The translations under genes were made by a program, and so were the position numbers. The notes under the pieces were generated by a model. It saw only the letters and a program-made list of their open reading frames with translations. It was not told the DNA's origin and did not search any database. From an uncultured delta proteobacterium (GTDB taxonomy: Bacteria > Desulfobacterota > Binatia > JACPRU01), in assembly GCA_963745025.1 (NCBI GenBank), contig CAVUWD010000006.1, forward strand, positions 480,001-544,000: 64,000 nt of DNA, in the 5' to 3' direction. Shown here in pieces: positions 51,588 to 62,226 of the stretch (position 1 is the first letter of the stretch; each line of letters starts with the position of its first letter).

Positions 51588-54296
51588 CTATGCTGTTTTC
51601 AGGAGCCGGGCTCGAGGGCGCCGAATCCTGGATCTGTGCTTCCGAGGCACCTTGGAACGCTTGCCGTTCGAGGGACGCAACGTTCTCCCTGGGACCGCCA
51701 CCTGGTCAAGAAACCCTTTCAGCGCCTCCGCGTGGGCCGACTTCCGCAAATGCTCCAAGGCGGCCACCTCGATTTGCCGGACGCGCTCCCGCGACACGCC
51801 GAGCTCCCTGCCCAGGTCCGCCAGCGTATGGTCGTCGCCCGAGCCGATGCCGTAGCGCCCGCGAAGCACGTAGGCCTCGCGCGAACCCAGCCCCGAGAGC
51901 GCGTGCTCTACGCGCTCGGCGAGTTCGCGACTCGTCACCGCGTCGACGGGATGGATCGCCCTCTCATCGGCGATGAAGTCTTCCAGCGTGGTCTCGCTGT
52001 CGGCGACCGGCACGTGCATTGAGATCGCGTCGTGAAGCTGTAGAAGCCTAGAGACTTCGGCGGGGGGCATCTGCGCTCTGCCGGCGAGGTCCTCGGGCGA
52101 AAGCGAAGTGCCGGCTTCGCTCAAGCCCTCCTGCGAGGTCCGCCGCAGTCGCGCCAGCTTCTCGGCGATGTGCATGGGAAGCCGAATGGTTCGGCCCTGG
52201 TCGGCGATCGCGCGCTGGATGTTCGAACGGATCCACCAGGTGGCGTAGGTCGAGAACCTGTATCCCTGATGGTGGTCAAACTTCTCCACCGCCCGCATCA
52301 GGCCAATGTTCCCCTCCTGGATGAGGTCGAGGAAGTCGAGGCCATGGCCGCGATACTTCTTCGCGATGGCCATGACGAGCCGCAGGTTGACCTTGACCAT
52401 CTCGTTCTTCGCGTGCTCCAGGCGGCGGACGGTGCCCTGCAACTCGCCCCACGTCCGCTTCATTTCCCCGAAAGGCAGGCCCGCCTGCTGCTCGATCCGA
52501 TGGATGTCTCGGCGTCCTCTGCTGCCTTTCTCTCGGAGGCTCGCTTCGGCTGCGACCACAAGCGCCCCGAGCTCGTCGCTCATCCGCTTCACGTGCGCGC
52601 GCGTGAGGCGCGTATCGGCAAGCACGATGGCCATCCGCTCCCAGAGAGCCTGAAGCTCCTCCTGGAGCTGCGCCGTGCGTTTCGAGGAGATCTTCCTGTC
52701 CGACAGCAGCTCTCGTCTTCGCGTGCTGCACTGCACTTCCAGCCTCGAGAAGTCGCCCAGGACGACACGGAGTTTGTCGTGAGCCTGCTGCTTGGCGTGC
52801 TCATCTTTGGGCACCGCGCTGACGACGATGTCCCATGAGGGCAGCTTTCCGTCATTCAGTCCGCAAGACAGGGCGGCGAGCTCTCTCGCAACGACTGCCG
52901 AGCGCAGGAGGAGCCGAAGCACGTCGCGTTCCGAGTCTTCAATCCTCCGGGCGAGCCCGAGTTCTTCCTCGGCGCTGGGGACCAGGAAACCGCCGGCGCT
53001 TCGCCGGTAAGCGGCCAAAGGATCGGAGCCACAGAAGTTGTCGATGCCGGAAACGGTCGTGCGCGGTCGCCCCTCCTTCTTCCCCGTCGTTGGCCGGGGC
53101 TTCCGCACGAGCACGGTCTCAGCCCAGGGAAACGGAAGGATGTGCTCGTCGGGAATGCGATCGCGCGCGCCCGGGATCTGCTTGAGCATCGCACGGTAAA
53201 TTAAGCCGCGCGTTCGCTTCTTGTAGCCGCCGAAGATCGGCTGAACCGTGCTGGGGCTCGTGGTGTAGCCCATGCGCCGCGCGGACTTCGCCACGCGGAT
53301 GGAGAGCTGGCGCTGCGTCGTATCCGGATGCTGCTCGAGCCAGGTCTTCGCCAGTGTTGCGATCGGTTGTGCGTCTACCCAGCACAAGTCGATCTGCTGG
53401 GTCTGCTTTTGCGCGGCCGCAGCCAGCTCGCCCTGAAGATCATCACCCTCCGGGAGGCTCTGCCGCAGCAAGGCTTCCATCTCGACGATCAGCGCATGTC
53501 GGACCTTCTTGAACCTGCCATCCACGGCCTTCTGGATCCGGGAAAGGCATAGCTCGATACCGCGTCGCCGCAGCTTCTCTTGAAGAATGACCGACAAGTG
53601 CCTCGATGACGGCTGGTGATTGCGGAGCTTCCACGCCCTTGCGAGGTCCACCAGGCGCTGCGCCGGCTCAAGGGTACGTTCCTGAAAGTAGGCTGCGATG
53701 TCCTTCCTGCTCTGCTGGTAGCGAGCGCGCGCTTCGTCTTCCGAGCCGATTCCGTGAGCCGAGAGAAAACCGAGCAGCACTTCGAGGACCTCACGTCGAG
53801 CGAGCGGTTGCTTCCCCGCCAGGATGTTCTGAAGCGGTTCGACCTTCAGATGCACGCCCCGACGGGAAAGCCGCACCGAGAGCAGCAGGGCGAGGCCGCG
53901 CCTGGAATGCGTGGGGTTGAAGAGCAGCCAGAGCTGGGCCAACGGGACGATCCGCTCGCTGGAGAGCCGCTCCGGCTGACGATCTTCCGGGGCGACCCAG
54001 AGGCCCGCCGTGCGGAGTGCCTTATCGATGTCGAGGTCAGTGCGTAGGCCGTTCGCGCGCAAGAGGACGTGCTGCATCGCACCCTGGACCTCGGGAGGGA
54101 CCGACGACACGCTTCCCGTCAGCTGCCGCTTGAGCGTTCGGACGTGGTAGTCGACGCCAATCGTTTCGAGATGCTCCTTGAGCTCGTGGGCAAGCGCTTC
54201 GCGATCGCAGCCCTTTTTCTGGAGAACGAGAGCTCCCATGGCGCGAAACAGCGCCCCTGGCATCCGCTCGAGCGAGCCGTGTGAGCCGTTCGTCAT
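51588..54296 (-). CDS. sigma-70 (RpoD-like) factor with N-terminal tandem repeats
   Basis: Region 1.2 DPLAAY...[11 protein letters not shown], region 2 [12 protein letters not shown]...[18 protein letters not shown]...[10 protein letters not shown], region 4 [20 protein letters not shown]. Confidence 0.92.
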   Translation of the reverse strand: MTNGSHGSLERMPGALFRAMGALVLQKKGCDREALAHELKEHLETIGVDYHVRTLKRQLTGSVSSVPPEVQGAMQHVLLRANGLRTDLDIDKALRTAGLWVAPEDRQPERLSSERIVPLAQLWLLFNPTHSRRGLALLLSVRLSRRGVHLKVEPLQNILAGKQPLARREVLEVLLGFLSAHGIGSEDEARARYQQSRKDIAAYFQERTLEPAQRLVDLARAWKLRNHQPSSRHLSVILQEKLRRRGIELCLSRIQKAVDGRFKKVRHALIVEMEALLRQSLPEGDDLQGELAAAAQKQTQQIDLCWVDAQPIATLAKTWLEQHPDTTQRQLSIRVAKSARRMGYTTSPSTVQPIFGGYKKRTRGLIYRAMLKQIPGARDRIPDEHILPFPWAETVLVRKPRPTTGKKEGRPRTTVSGIDNFCGSDPLAAYRRSAGGFLVPSAEEELGLARRIEDSERDVLRLLLRSAVVARELAALSCGLNDGKLPSWDIVVSAVPKDEHAKQQAHDKLRVVLGDFSRLEVQCSTRRRELLSDRKISSKRTAQLQEELQALWERMAIVLADTRLTRAHVKRMSDELGALVVAAEASLREKGSRGRRDIHRIEQQAGLPFGEMKRTWGELQGTVRRLEHAKNEMVKVNLRLVMAIAKKYRGHGLDFLDLIQEGNIGLMRAVEKFDHHQGYRFSTYATWWIRSNIQRAIADQGRTIRLPMHIAEKLARLRRTSQEGLSEAGTSLSPEDLAGRAQMPPAEVSRLLQLHDAISMHVPVADSETTLEDFIADERAIHPVDAVTSRELAERVEHALSGLGSREAYVLRGRYGIGSGDDHTLADLGRELGVSRERVRQIEVAALEHLRKSAHAEALKGFLDQVAVPGRTLRPSNGKRSKVPRKHRSRIRRPRARLLKTA

Positions 54297-54300
54297 GCAC

Positions 54301-55065
54301 CTACCCCCTCGCCTCTTCTACGGGCGCGGGGATGGCCTCGCGTCCGACCTCGGCGTCCCAGGCGGCGAGCCCTCCAGTGAGGCTGCGAGCGCGCGGGAAG
54401 CCGTAAGCCCGGAAGTAGGAGGCCTTGTCGAGGCTGCGGCGGCCGTCGTTGGAGTAGAAGACGAGCAGCGTGTTCAGGCGATCCAGCGTGCCTATCCACG
54501 TGAAGGCCTTGTCCGTCGACCCTGCGACGGCGATGGCGGCCGGTGTCTCGGTGCGCCAACCACGCGCGACGAGCAGTTGATGCGATCGTCGTTCGTCGTC
54601 GCACCCGACCCAACAACGGTCAATGAGTTCGGCGCGAGCGGCTCGAGGACGGGTCGGAAGCTCTCCTCTGCGTGCTCAGCGACGACCACGAAGCCGGAGG
54701 ACAGACCGCGGTGGGTAAGCGGGATGCCAGACAGCACCGGCGCAGCGATCGCAGAGCTCACGCCTGGAATCACGTCGAACGGGACGCCAACCTTGGCCAG
54801 TGCTAAGGCCTCCTCGCCGCCGCGACCGAGCACGAATGGGTCGCCGCCCTTAAGGCGAACGACCCGAAGGCCCCGCCGCGCGGCGCGAACCATCAATCGG
54901 TGGATCGTCTCCTGGTCTACGGACTTCCGGCCGGCACGCTTGCCGACAAAGAGCCGTCGCGCTTGTGGCGCCAGCTTCAGCACGTCCTTACCAACCAGCG
55001 CGCCGTAGAGGACCAGGTTGGCGTCCGCGAGGCGCCGCACCGCCTTGAGCGTGATTGAGATCGGG
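54301..55065 (-). pseudogene. cobA: uroporphyrinogen-III methyltransferase fragment fused to a rhodanese C-terminal fragment
   Basis: ITLKAVRRL, VVRLKGGDPFVLGRGGEE, IPGVSSAIAAP. After a frameshift: RGWRTETPAAI...TLDRL, then VFYSNDGRRS...SLTGGLAAW. Confidence 0.75.
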
Positions 55066-55232
55066 ATCGCCAGGGCGCCCAACGTCAATCACAGGAGACT
55101 CCGCGTTTCGGGGCGTAGCTGCGATAGCAAAGCGACGTAGCCATTTGGAACCTATGTAAAATCTGTTCGACGCTGGTGGCCATCGGGTCGTGCACGACCG
55201 ACCTGGTTGCGACCAATTAGAGCAAATAGGCG

Positions 55233-55261
55233 CTTGACTTTAATTTGTCAAGTATATACTT
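55233..55261. promoter_or_regulatory. palindromic operator / back-to-back -35 boxes
   Basis: CTTGAC-TTTAATTT-GTCAAG overlapping AAGTATATACTT, in an AT-rich divergent intergenic region. Confidence 0.6.
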
Positions 55262-55288
55262 TTCAAACTTGCGTAACTGGAGCAAGGT

Positions 55289-56008
55289 ATGTACGCTACC
55301 GCCATGACTTCCGACGTGCCCAGCTCCGCACGGGAGCGGGTTCTTCATGTCCTCAAGACGAAGGGGCCCCAGACCTCGGCGCAAATCGCCAAGCGTCTCG
55401 GCGTTACTACGATGGCTGTGCGCCAGCATCTCGCCGTCTTGGAGGGGGAGAAGCTCGCCGACTTCACGGACGAACGCCGCAAGGTCGGCCGGCCTGCTCG
55501 CCTCTGGCGGCTGACGCCGAAGGCTTATGACCGGTTTCCCGACTGCCACGCGGAGCTCGCGGTCGGCATGCTCCAGGCGATCCAGCGCGCCTTTGGTGAA
55601 GAGGGTCTCGAACGCCTGACCGAGGAGAGGACACGGCAACAGGCCGAGGCCTACCAGGCGCTGATGCCCGGCCCGAATGCCTCGCTCGAGGAGCGTGTGG
55701 CCACCCTTGCGCGCATCCGGCGCGAGGAAGGCTACATGGCCGAGTTGCGGCACAACCACGATGGAACGATCGAGCTCGTTCAGAACCACTGTTCCATCGC
55801 GAAGGCGGCGCGTCTCTGCCCGAAGCTGTGCGGCGGCGAGCTGTCGCTCTTTCGTACCGTCTTGGGTGACGACGTCTCCGTCGAGCGGACCGAGCACATC
55901 CTCTCGGGAGGCAGATGCTGCTCCTACTGCATCACCGGCCAAGCCAACGAACCGGCACTGGACGGAACCTCGCAGCCCTCCGTGCAGCGCCTGATCGGTC
56001 CCGCTTAG
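55289..56008 (+). CDS. SufR-like (HTH + Cys) transcriptional regulator
   Basis: LGVTTMAVRQHL, VGRPARLW, NHCSI...CPKLCGGEL...GRCCSY. Confidence 0.85.
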   Translation: MYATAMTSDVPSSARERVLHVLKTKGPQTSAQIAKRLGVTTMAVRQHLAVLEGEKLADFTDERRKVGRPARLWRLTPKAYDRFPDCHAELAVGMLQAIQRAFGEEGLERLTEERTRQQAEAYQALMPGPNASLEERVATLARIRREEGYMAELRHNHDGTIELVQNHCSIAKAARLCPKLCGGELSLFRTVLGDDVSVERTEHILSGGRCCSYCITGQANEPALDGTSQPSVQRLIGPA

Positions 56009-56078
56009 TGGCCGAATCCGGTCGCGCTGCGAAGGGACAGCGAAGGGAATACGTGTTCGAGGAGGAGAAGACGAACTG

Positions 56079-56544
56079 ATGAGCAACGCGCTACAGCCGG
56101 GAATCGATGAGGCACGCCTCGACGGGATCACGCGCACGCCGCTCCCCGGGTCGCGGAGAATCTACGCCACCGGAACGCTCTACCCGTTCCTTCGGGTTCC
56201 GATGCGCGAGATCCATCAAGCGCCAACCCAGGTGCACGGCGCGAGCAAGACGGCGACGATCAGCAATCCGCCGCTGGTCGCCTACGACTCGAGCGGGCCG
56301 TATACCGACCCCGAAGTGACGATCGACTTACGCAAGGGCCTTGCCCCACTCCGGGACACTTGGATCCGCGCTCGCGGCGACGTCGAGGAGCTGACCGCCG
56401 GCTCTCAGCTCTCGCGAGGCCATAACCTCGATGGCGTGCGCTTTCTGGCGTGGCGTCGCTGCGGAGGAGGCACTCGACAGGGGCCTCGAGGAGAAGTCGG
56501 CAGAGTTCCTTCAGGGTGGTGGTGAGCTCTATCGGAACGTGTGA
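56079..56544 (+). pseudogene. thiC: phosphomethylpyrimidine synthase with large internal deletion
   Basis: N-terminus PLPGSRRIY, LRVPMREI, YDSSGPYTDP, WIRARGDVE. C-terminus [17 protein letters not shown] is in another frame. Confidence 0.85.
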
Positions 56545-56558
56545 CCGCGGAATGTGCC

Positions 56559-57593
56559 ATGACGACGACCGAGCTTGTGCCGATCCATGAGAGGTTGACC
56601 GACAGACTCCAGCGGCCCCTGCGCGACCTTCGGATCTCGGTCACCGACCGCTGCAACTTCCGCTGCGTTTACTGCATGCCGAAGGAGGTCTTCGGCCGCG
56701 ACTATCCGTTCCTAGGGCGCGACAAGCTTCTCACGTTCGAGGAGACCGCCCGCCTGGCTCGGATCTTCGCATCCCTCGGCGTGCAGAAGGTCCGCATCAC
56801 CGGGGGAGAACCGTTGCTTCGCCGGGAGCTCGAAAGCCTGATCGCGATGCTGGCGCGCATCCCCGAGTTGGACCTCACGCTGACGACCAACGGGTCGCTC
56901 CTGACGGAGAAGGCGGCAGCGCTCAAGGAGTCTGGCCTTCGCCGGGTTACGGTGAGCCTCGACTCGCTGGACGATGACGTCTTCCGGGCGATGAACGACG
57001 TCGATTTCTCGGTCGACCGAGTTCTGGCCGGAATCGAGGTTGCCGCTCGGGTTGGTCTTACGCCCATCAAGATCAACGTGGTGGTCAAGCGCGGCGTAAA
57101 CAAGCACAGCATCCTGCCAATGGCCCGGTACTTCCGCGGGACGGGCCATATCCTGCGCTTCATCGAGTACATGGACGTCGGCCACTCGAACGGCTGGCGT
57201 CTCGATGATGTCGTCTCGGCCGCCGAGATCCTCTCGACGATCGATGCCGAGATGCCCATCGAGCCCGTCAACCCGAACTACCGTGGTGAAGTAGCAGGTC
57301 GATGGCGCTATCGCGACGGCAGCGGCGAGATTGGCATCATCGGATCGGTGACACGCCCCTTCTGCCGCGAATGCAGCCGCGCGAGGCTCTCAGCAGACGG
57401 ACAGCTCTTCACGTGCCTGTTTGTGACGGCGGGTCATGACCTCCGAGCCCTCCTCCGGGGCGGCGCTACCGATGCGGAGATCGCAGAGGGCATCTCCGGC
57501 GTGTGGCGGGCCCGGAGCGACCGCTATTCGGAGATTCGCTCCGCGGAAACCGTCATGCTTCCCAAGGTCGAGATGTCCTACGTAGGCGGCTAG
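56559..57593 (+). CDS. moaA: GTP 3',8-cyclase
   Basis: [33 protein letters not shown]-terminal MSYVGG. Confidence 0.96.
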   Translation: MTTTELVPIHERLTDRLQRPLRDLRISVTDRCNFRCVYCMPKEVFGRDYPFLGRDKLLTFEETARLARIFASLGVQKVRITGGEPLLRRELESLIAMLARIPELDLTLTTNGSLLTEKAAALKESGLRRVTVSLDSLDDDVFRAMNDVDFSVDRVLAGIEVAARVGLTPIKINVVVKRGVNKHSILPMARYFRGTGHILRFIEYMDVGHSNGWRLDDVVSAAEILSTIDAEMPIEPVNPNYRGEVAGRWRYRDGSGEIGIIGSVTRPFCRECSRARLSADGQLFTCLFVTAGHDLRALLRGGATDAEIAEGISGVWRARSDRYSEIRSAETVMLPKVEMSYVGG

Positions 57594-57669
57594 AGATGCG
57601 TTTCTTCGGGCCAACAGAGGAGATGGCCGCGCGAAACGGTGCCGACCTGCGCGATCAAGGGGCTCCGTC

Positions 57670-58005
57670 ATGACGCTGCTGCGCGCCGGAGCGCTCTTCG
57701 TGGCTACGGCGATCGCCGACATTCCCGGGTGCTACCTTCCGTACCTGTGGCTTCGACAAGGACGGTCAGCGATTCTCTTGATTCCAGCCGCGCTCAGCCT
57801 CGCAGCGTTTGCCTGGCCTCTGACGCTCCATCCGACGGGCGCGTCCCGAACGTACGCCGCGTACGGCGGGGTCTACGTAACGGGCGCCGTGCTTTGGTTG
57901 TGGCTCGTAGAGAACAGGACACCATCGCGCGCGGATCTGATCGGCTCCGCGGTGGCCGTGCTTGGCATGGCAATCATTGTTCTCGGGCACAGGAGCTCAC
58001 CGTGA
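57670..58005 (+). CDS. ynfA: YnfA/UPF0060 membrane protein
   Basis: [24 protein letters not shown]. Confidence 0.88.
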   Translation: MTLLRAGALFVATAIADIPGCYLPYLWLRQGRSAILLIPAALSLAAFAWPLTLHPTGASRTYAAYGGVYVTGAVLWLWLVENRTPSRADLIGSAVAVLGMAIIVLGHRSSP

Positions 58006-58961
58006 ACTCCTCCGTGGCCACCCTGCCGGGCTCCGGTGCGGCCGTAACGCACGCGGCAGGCTCCATCGTCTCCCTGATCGCGAGTGCAACGGAGATCGTC
58101 TGTGCCCTTGGGCTCCGCGATCGCTTGGTGGGCATCTCACACGAGTGCGACTTCCCTGATGACGTGCGGGGCCTGCCGGTCTGCTCCGAGCCGCGCATCG
58201 ATCCCAGCCAGTCGGGCGGACAAATCGACCGCGCTGTGCGGGACCTGATCCGCGAGGGGACCAGCGTCTACCACGTGCGCACCGAGGTGCTCGAGAGGCT
58301 TCGCCCGGACCTCATCGTGACCCAGGACCAGTGCCACGTCTGCGCGGTGTCCCTCGCGGACGTGGAGCAGGCGTGCTCGACGCTGACGCACAACCCAGTT
58401 CGCATCTGCTCGCTGACCCCGCACACCCTCGCGGACATCTACTCCGATTTCGAGCGTGTCGGAATCGCCGCTGGGGTGCCCGAGCGCGGTCAAGCGCTTG
58501 CCTCCGAGCTCCGGGGCAGGCTCGATACGCTGAGAAGCGCGGCCGAGCTCGCACAAGGCCCCAAAGTGGCGTGCATAGAGTGGCTAGACCCGCCGATGGT
58601 GGCGGGTGGCTGGATGCCGGAACTCGTCCGGATCTTGGGTGGGACCCCAGTGCTCGTGACCTCGCCCGAGCGATTTCGGACAGTCGCTTGGGACGACATC
58701 GCGGCCGCCGACCCTGACGTCGCGGTCATCATGCCCTGCGGCTACCCCATCTCAAAGACGCTAGAGGAACTCGGCGACGCGCGCGTCGGGGCAACGCTGC
58801 GCCGGCTGCGCGCAACGCGCATTGGGCGCACGTTCGTCGCGGATGGAAACGCGTACTTCAACCGACCGGGCCCGCGAATCGCCGACAGCGCGGAGATCTT
58901 GGCCGCGCTCCTTCATCCCGACCGATTCTCTCTGCACGGTGGGGTCGAGCGCTGGTCGTAA
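58002..58961 (+). CDS. cobalamin/Fe-siderophore-type binding protein (BtuF-like, no signal peptide)
   Basis: [45 protein letters not shown]. Confidence 0.88.
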   Translation: MNSSVATLPGSGAAVTHAAGSIVSLIASATEIVCALGLRDRLVGISHECDFPDDVRGLPVCSEPRIDPSQSGGQIDRAVRDLIREGTSVYHVRTEVLERLRPDLIVTQDQCHVCAVSLADVEQACSTLTHNPVRICSLTPHTLADIYSDFERVGIAAGVPERGQALASELRGRLDTLRSAAELAQGPKVACIEWLDPPMVAGGWMPELVRILGGTPVLVTSPERFRTVAWDDIAAADPDVAVIMPCGYPISKTLEELGDARVGATLRRLRATRIGRTFVADGNAYFNRPGPRIADSAEILAALLHPDRFSLHGGVERWS

Positions 58962-58972
58962 GGAGGACAGTA

Positions 58973-59323
58973 ATGGATGCCACCGCATTCGTGCAGGAAC
59001 TGGACTCGTTCAAGGCCGAGCGTCTTTCTCCGATCGTGGAAGCGGGGCAGACGTCGCTTCTGGGCGGTGCGCACGGCGACGCCAAGAAGATGTTGCAAGT
59101 GGCGCTGGCCAACGAGATCAGCGTGAGCGAGTTGGCGGCGGCGTGGATGCCGAGCACGCCGGAGGTGGACGTGAAGATTGCGTTCGCTCGACAAGCGGGG
59201 GACGAGGCCGGACACGTCCAGCTTGTGGCGCGGGAGACCGTGGCCAGGGTTCTCGAGATCGCCACCGCCGCCCGTGCCCAGGCCGCGGAACAGATGGGCA
59301 CCGCCTGCTTTCCAGGGTGCTGA
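58973..59323 (+). pseudogene. ferritin-like protein, probably internally deleted
   Basis: ALANEI...ARQAGDEAGH provides only one E/ExxH half of a four-helix bundle. Confidence 0.55.
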
Positions 59324-59359
59324 GCGACTTTGAGCAAGGCGTGCGCGCCACGGACTCGC

Positions 59360-59605
59360 ATGACAAGTCAGGTTCGACCCACCAGCTGCGAAGCGCTCCC
59401 GTTTCCCGAGAGCCTGTGCCACCGCTGCGCCGCGCCACCGAGATACGTCCGGACAGCAACCTCGGTATTCATCCGGTGTCCGCTTCTGGCCAACAAGTAT
59501 CCTCCTCAACCCATTCTCTCGTGCCCTTTGTTCCGACCCCCAGAAGGCGAGCAGGGCGACGACAGAAAACCCGCCGACAACGATTTCTCGGAGAAAGACG
59601 GATGA
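59360..59605 (+). CDS. small Cys-rich protein
   Basis: SLCHRC...SVFIRC...KYPPQPILSC. Confidence 0.6.
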   Translation: MTSQVRPTSCEALPFPESLCHRCAAPPRYVRTATSVFIRCPLLANKYPPQPILSCPLFRPPEGEQGDDRKPADNDFSEKDG

Positions 59606-59606
59606 G

Positions 59607-59951
59607 ATGAGCCTAGCCGACCAACGATGCATCCCATGCCGCGGTGCAGTTCCACCGATGGAAAGAAGCCGTGCCGAAGAGCTGCTGCGAGAGGTGGACG
59701 ATGGCTGGCGACTTAACGCGGATGGTCATCTCGACCGCACGTACTCTTTCGAGAATTTCGCCAAGGCCATGGCCTTCGCGAACAAAGTGGCCGACATCGC
59801 AGAAAGCGAGGGCCATCATCCAGATCTCCACATCGCATGGGGCAAGTGCACGGTGGAAATCTGGACGCACAAGATCCGCGGCTTGACCGAGAGTGACTTT
59901 TACTTCGCCGCCAAGGCGGACCGCGCATTCAAGACCACAGACAAGAGTTGA
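59607..59951 (+). CDS. phhB: pterin-4-alpha-carbinolamine dehydratase
   Basis: CIPCRG, AESEGHHPDL, WTHKIRGLTESDF..AAK. Confidence 0.93.
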   Translation: MSLADQRCIPCRGAVPPMERSRAEELLREVDDGWRLNADGHLDRTYSFENFAKAMAFANKVADIAESEGHHPDLHIAWGKCTVEIWTHKIRGLTESDFYFAAKADRAFKTTDKS

Positions 59952-60379
59952 CGCCACCGCTCGCGTTGCACGACCCAGTCCAGGGACTTCAGCACCGAGT
60001 CTCGCAGCCGTCGCTCGCTGATGGGCTGCTCTCCCGGCGGCACATCGAGGAACAGAATCTCGGCCTGGATGTCGGGCGCGAGGAGAAGCAGGTCCATGAT
60101 CTGCGTGACCCGCGCCCTGGTAAGGCCAAGCGCTCGAGCTAGAAGCCGCGATAGACCACGACCGTGAAGAGCGCTCGGAAAGAAGTGCGCGAGTCCCCAC
60201 GCTGCCTCGTCGCGGACCCACTGACCGAAGCCCTTGCCGCTCGTGGCCGTCTCCGCGTTGACTTCGGCTCGCGGCCGTTGTGTCGCTCCCGGTCCAGCAG
60301 AGTTCGAGTAGCCTCCGGGCCTGGTCGGCTCGATCACGATGACCGGCGGCGTGCTGCCGTATGGATCTTTGAAGCTCAT
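59900..60379 (-). pseudogene. chimeric ORF: element protein N-terminus plus LTRARVTQIMDLLLLAPDIQ fragment
   Basis: N-terminus similar to the 17084 ORF. C-terminus resembles a recombinase-island HTH protein. Junction near 60150. Confidence 0.6.
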
Positions 60380-60712
60380 GTGTGTGCTCCTCCTCTCTCG
60401 AGCACCTCGACGATGTGGTTGAGCTCACCGTTGAAGATGGATTCGACGAGCCATCCCTTGCCGACTGCCTGCTCGAACCAACGCCGCAGCAACATCGACA
60501 TGGTGATGACTGCAGCCCACTTCGCGCTGAGTAGCGCCTCACGCAGCCACCAGTTGCGGCGCTTCTTCGCGCGCCACCAGCTTCGGATTCGGCGCCCCTG
60601 TGCGCGCACGAATGTTGGAATGGCACGCAGCAGCGCGACGCCGCCTCTCCAGTGCCGTTCGATCGGGCGCCAAACGCGCTCGATCAGTCTTTGCAGCATC
60701 CTCACCTCCTTC
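60376..60712 (-). CDS. hypothetical protein, homolog of the 16879-17103 ORF; start approximate
   Basis: Sequence similarity and the same downstream neighbour. Confidence 0.55.
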
Positions 60713-60819
60713 ATCTCTTCAGGAGCTCGGCCTTCACGAAGACGAACGGGTCTCGGATCTCCCACGCCGGCGCCTCGTCGTATCCGGGCAGGCACCTGAT
60801 CGCGGTCACCGTCAGCGAC

Positions 60820-61323
60820 TCACAGAACGCGGCCGCCTCGGTCTTGCTCCCAGTCGTTCGTCTCGCAGGACTGGTACACGAAACAACGGATCGCTTTGAG
60901 GACGATCACCGGATCGGGCGATCCCGGCAGCATCTTGAAGCTGTATTCCGGCACTGGCTCCTCTTCGTCGTAACGGTAGTTGACGCTCCGGCGGTTCTCG
61001 GCGATGAGCATTCGCCCGACGTCGTCCCGGGTGAGCTCGTTCAGCTCTCGCTCCTTCCTCGGATCGTCCCAGTACCAGCGAAGCGGCCCATAGGGACGCA
61101 CCAGGATGAGCCCCGCGGTCACGAGCGCGTTGATATGCGTCGCTCCGACCATGAAGGCCGGGACGGGCGCGGCCTGGCGCGATTCCTTGATCTTCTCGGC
61201 GAACAGCTCCTCGGCGACTTCCTTAGTTGACGCGGTGAGCCGGCGACGCACGCCGTGGGCGTCGAGGTAGTCAACCTGCCAAACGTCCTGCTTCGCTCGC
61301 TTGCGCTTACGGATGCTCGCCAT
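60820..61323 (-). pseudogene. chimera: integrase N-terminus fused to a phage/ICE hypothetical protein
   Basis: MASIRKRK...WQVDYLDAHGVRRR, then AFMVGATHINALV...ENRRSVNYRY...YQSCE. Confidence 0.65.
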
Positions 61324-61584
61324 CTCAACCCTTCTTCTTCGGCTTAGGCTTTCTCTCCGAGAGGAGTCTTAGCAGCAGCGCCAGCGACTCCTTGATCCCG
61401 ATCTCGCCCCGCTCCTGTCTGGCAATCGCACAGCATGCTGTAGCGGGAGTCACCAGGGGCTGGCAGCTCTTGAGCACGAAGAGCCACCTCGCCGGCGAGG
61501 GTGAGGGCGACCAGGACCATTCGTAACACACCAACCATCGTGCTGAGGCATACCGCTGTGGCTTCTCGATATCGGGCCGACAAA

Positions 61585-62025
61585 TCAACGCGGAAAAACT
61601 GGTTGTGCATCCCGCAATAGAGCCGCCGGCACCTCTGTCATGGCACCCGAGCGCACTTCGACCTGAACCTTGCGGTACGTAGTGCCGTATACAGAAGCGA
61701 CGATATAGCGGCCAGGGGCGATCGGACGCACTATCGGCTCCTCACCACTTCGTCCGTCTCGGTTATCGATATCCGCCTGCAAGAGATGGCCGTCGTCGGA
61801 GTAGAGGTCGTACGGCCGGCGCAGATTGTAGTACGTCTCGCGGCCGATCATCCGAAGATCGGCGTCGGTTTCGACTCGCAGGTAGCCGACGCCTGCCGCG
61901 TCATTTGCGCCGCCGGCCAAAAGCGGTACGACGTATGGGATCGCATCGTTCCACGCCAAGGCCGCAGGGGGCACCTGCGTTGCGCACCCGAGCGCCGCCA
62001 GCAGACCAACCGCGAGTATCGGCAT
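61585..62025 (-). CDS. putative lipoprotein
   Basis: LLAALGC lipobox, PYDLYSDDG, APGRYIV. Start uncertain. Confidence 0.55.
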   Translation of the reverse strand: MPILAVGLLAALGCATQVPPAALAWNDAIPYVVPLLAGGANDAAGVGYLRVETDADLRMIGRETYYNLRRPYDLYSDDGHLLQADIDNRDGRSGEEPIVRPIAPGRYIVASVYGTTYRKVQVEVRSGAMTEVPAALLRDAQPVFPR

Positions 62026-62226
62026 TGGATCGACGAGCGCTGGCTTGTTTCGGGTGTGCTCCGCCACGCGATGGACGGCGATCACGGCCACGATCGCCAG
62101 GTAGAAGCCGTAGGCGCTGACCAGGACAGGTAGCGGCCAAAACCCGGCGGCCGTGCGCTTGTGAGCGCGCGCGTGGAAGAGTTGCACTCGGCGGCTGTGC
62201 GATCTACTGTCACCGCCGTCACCACG

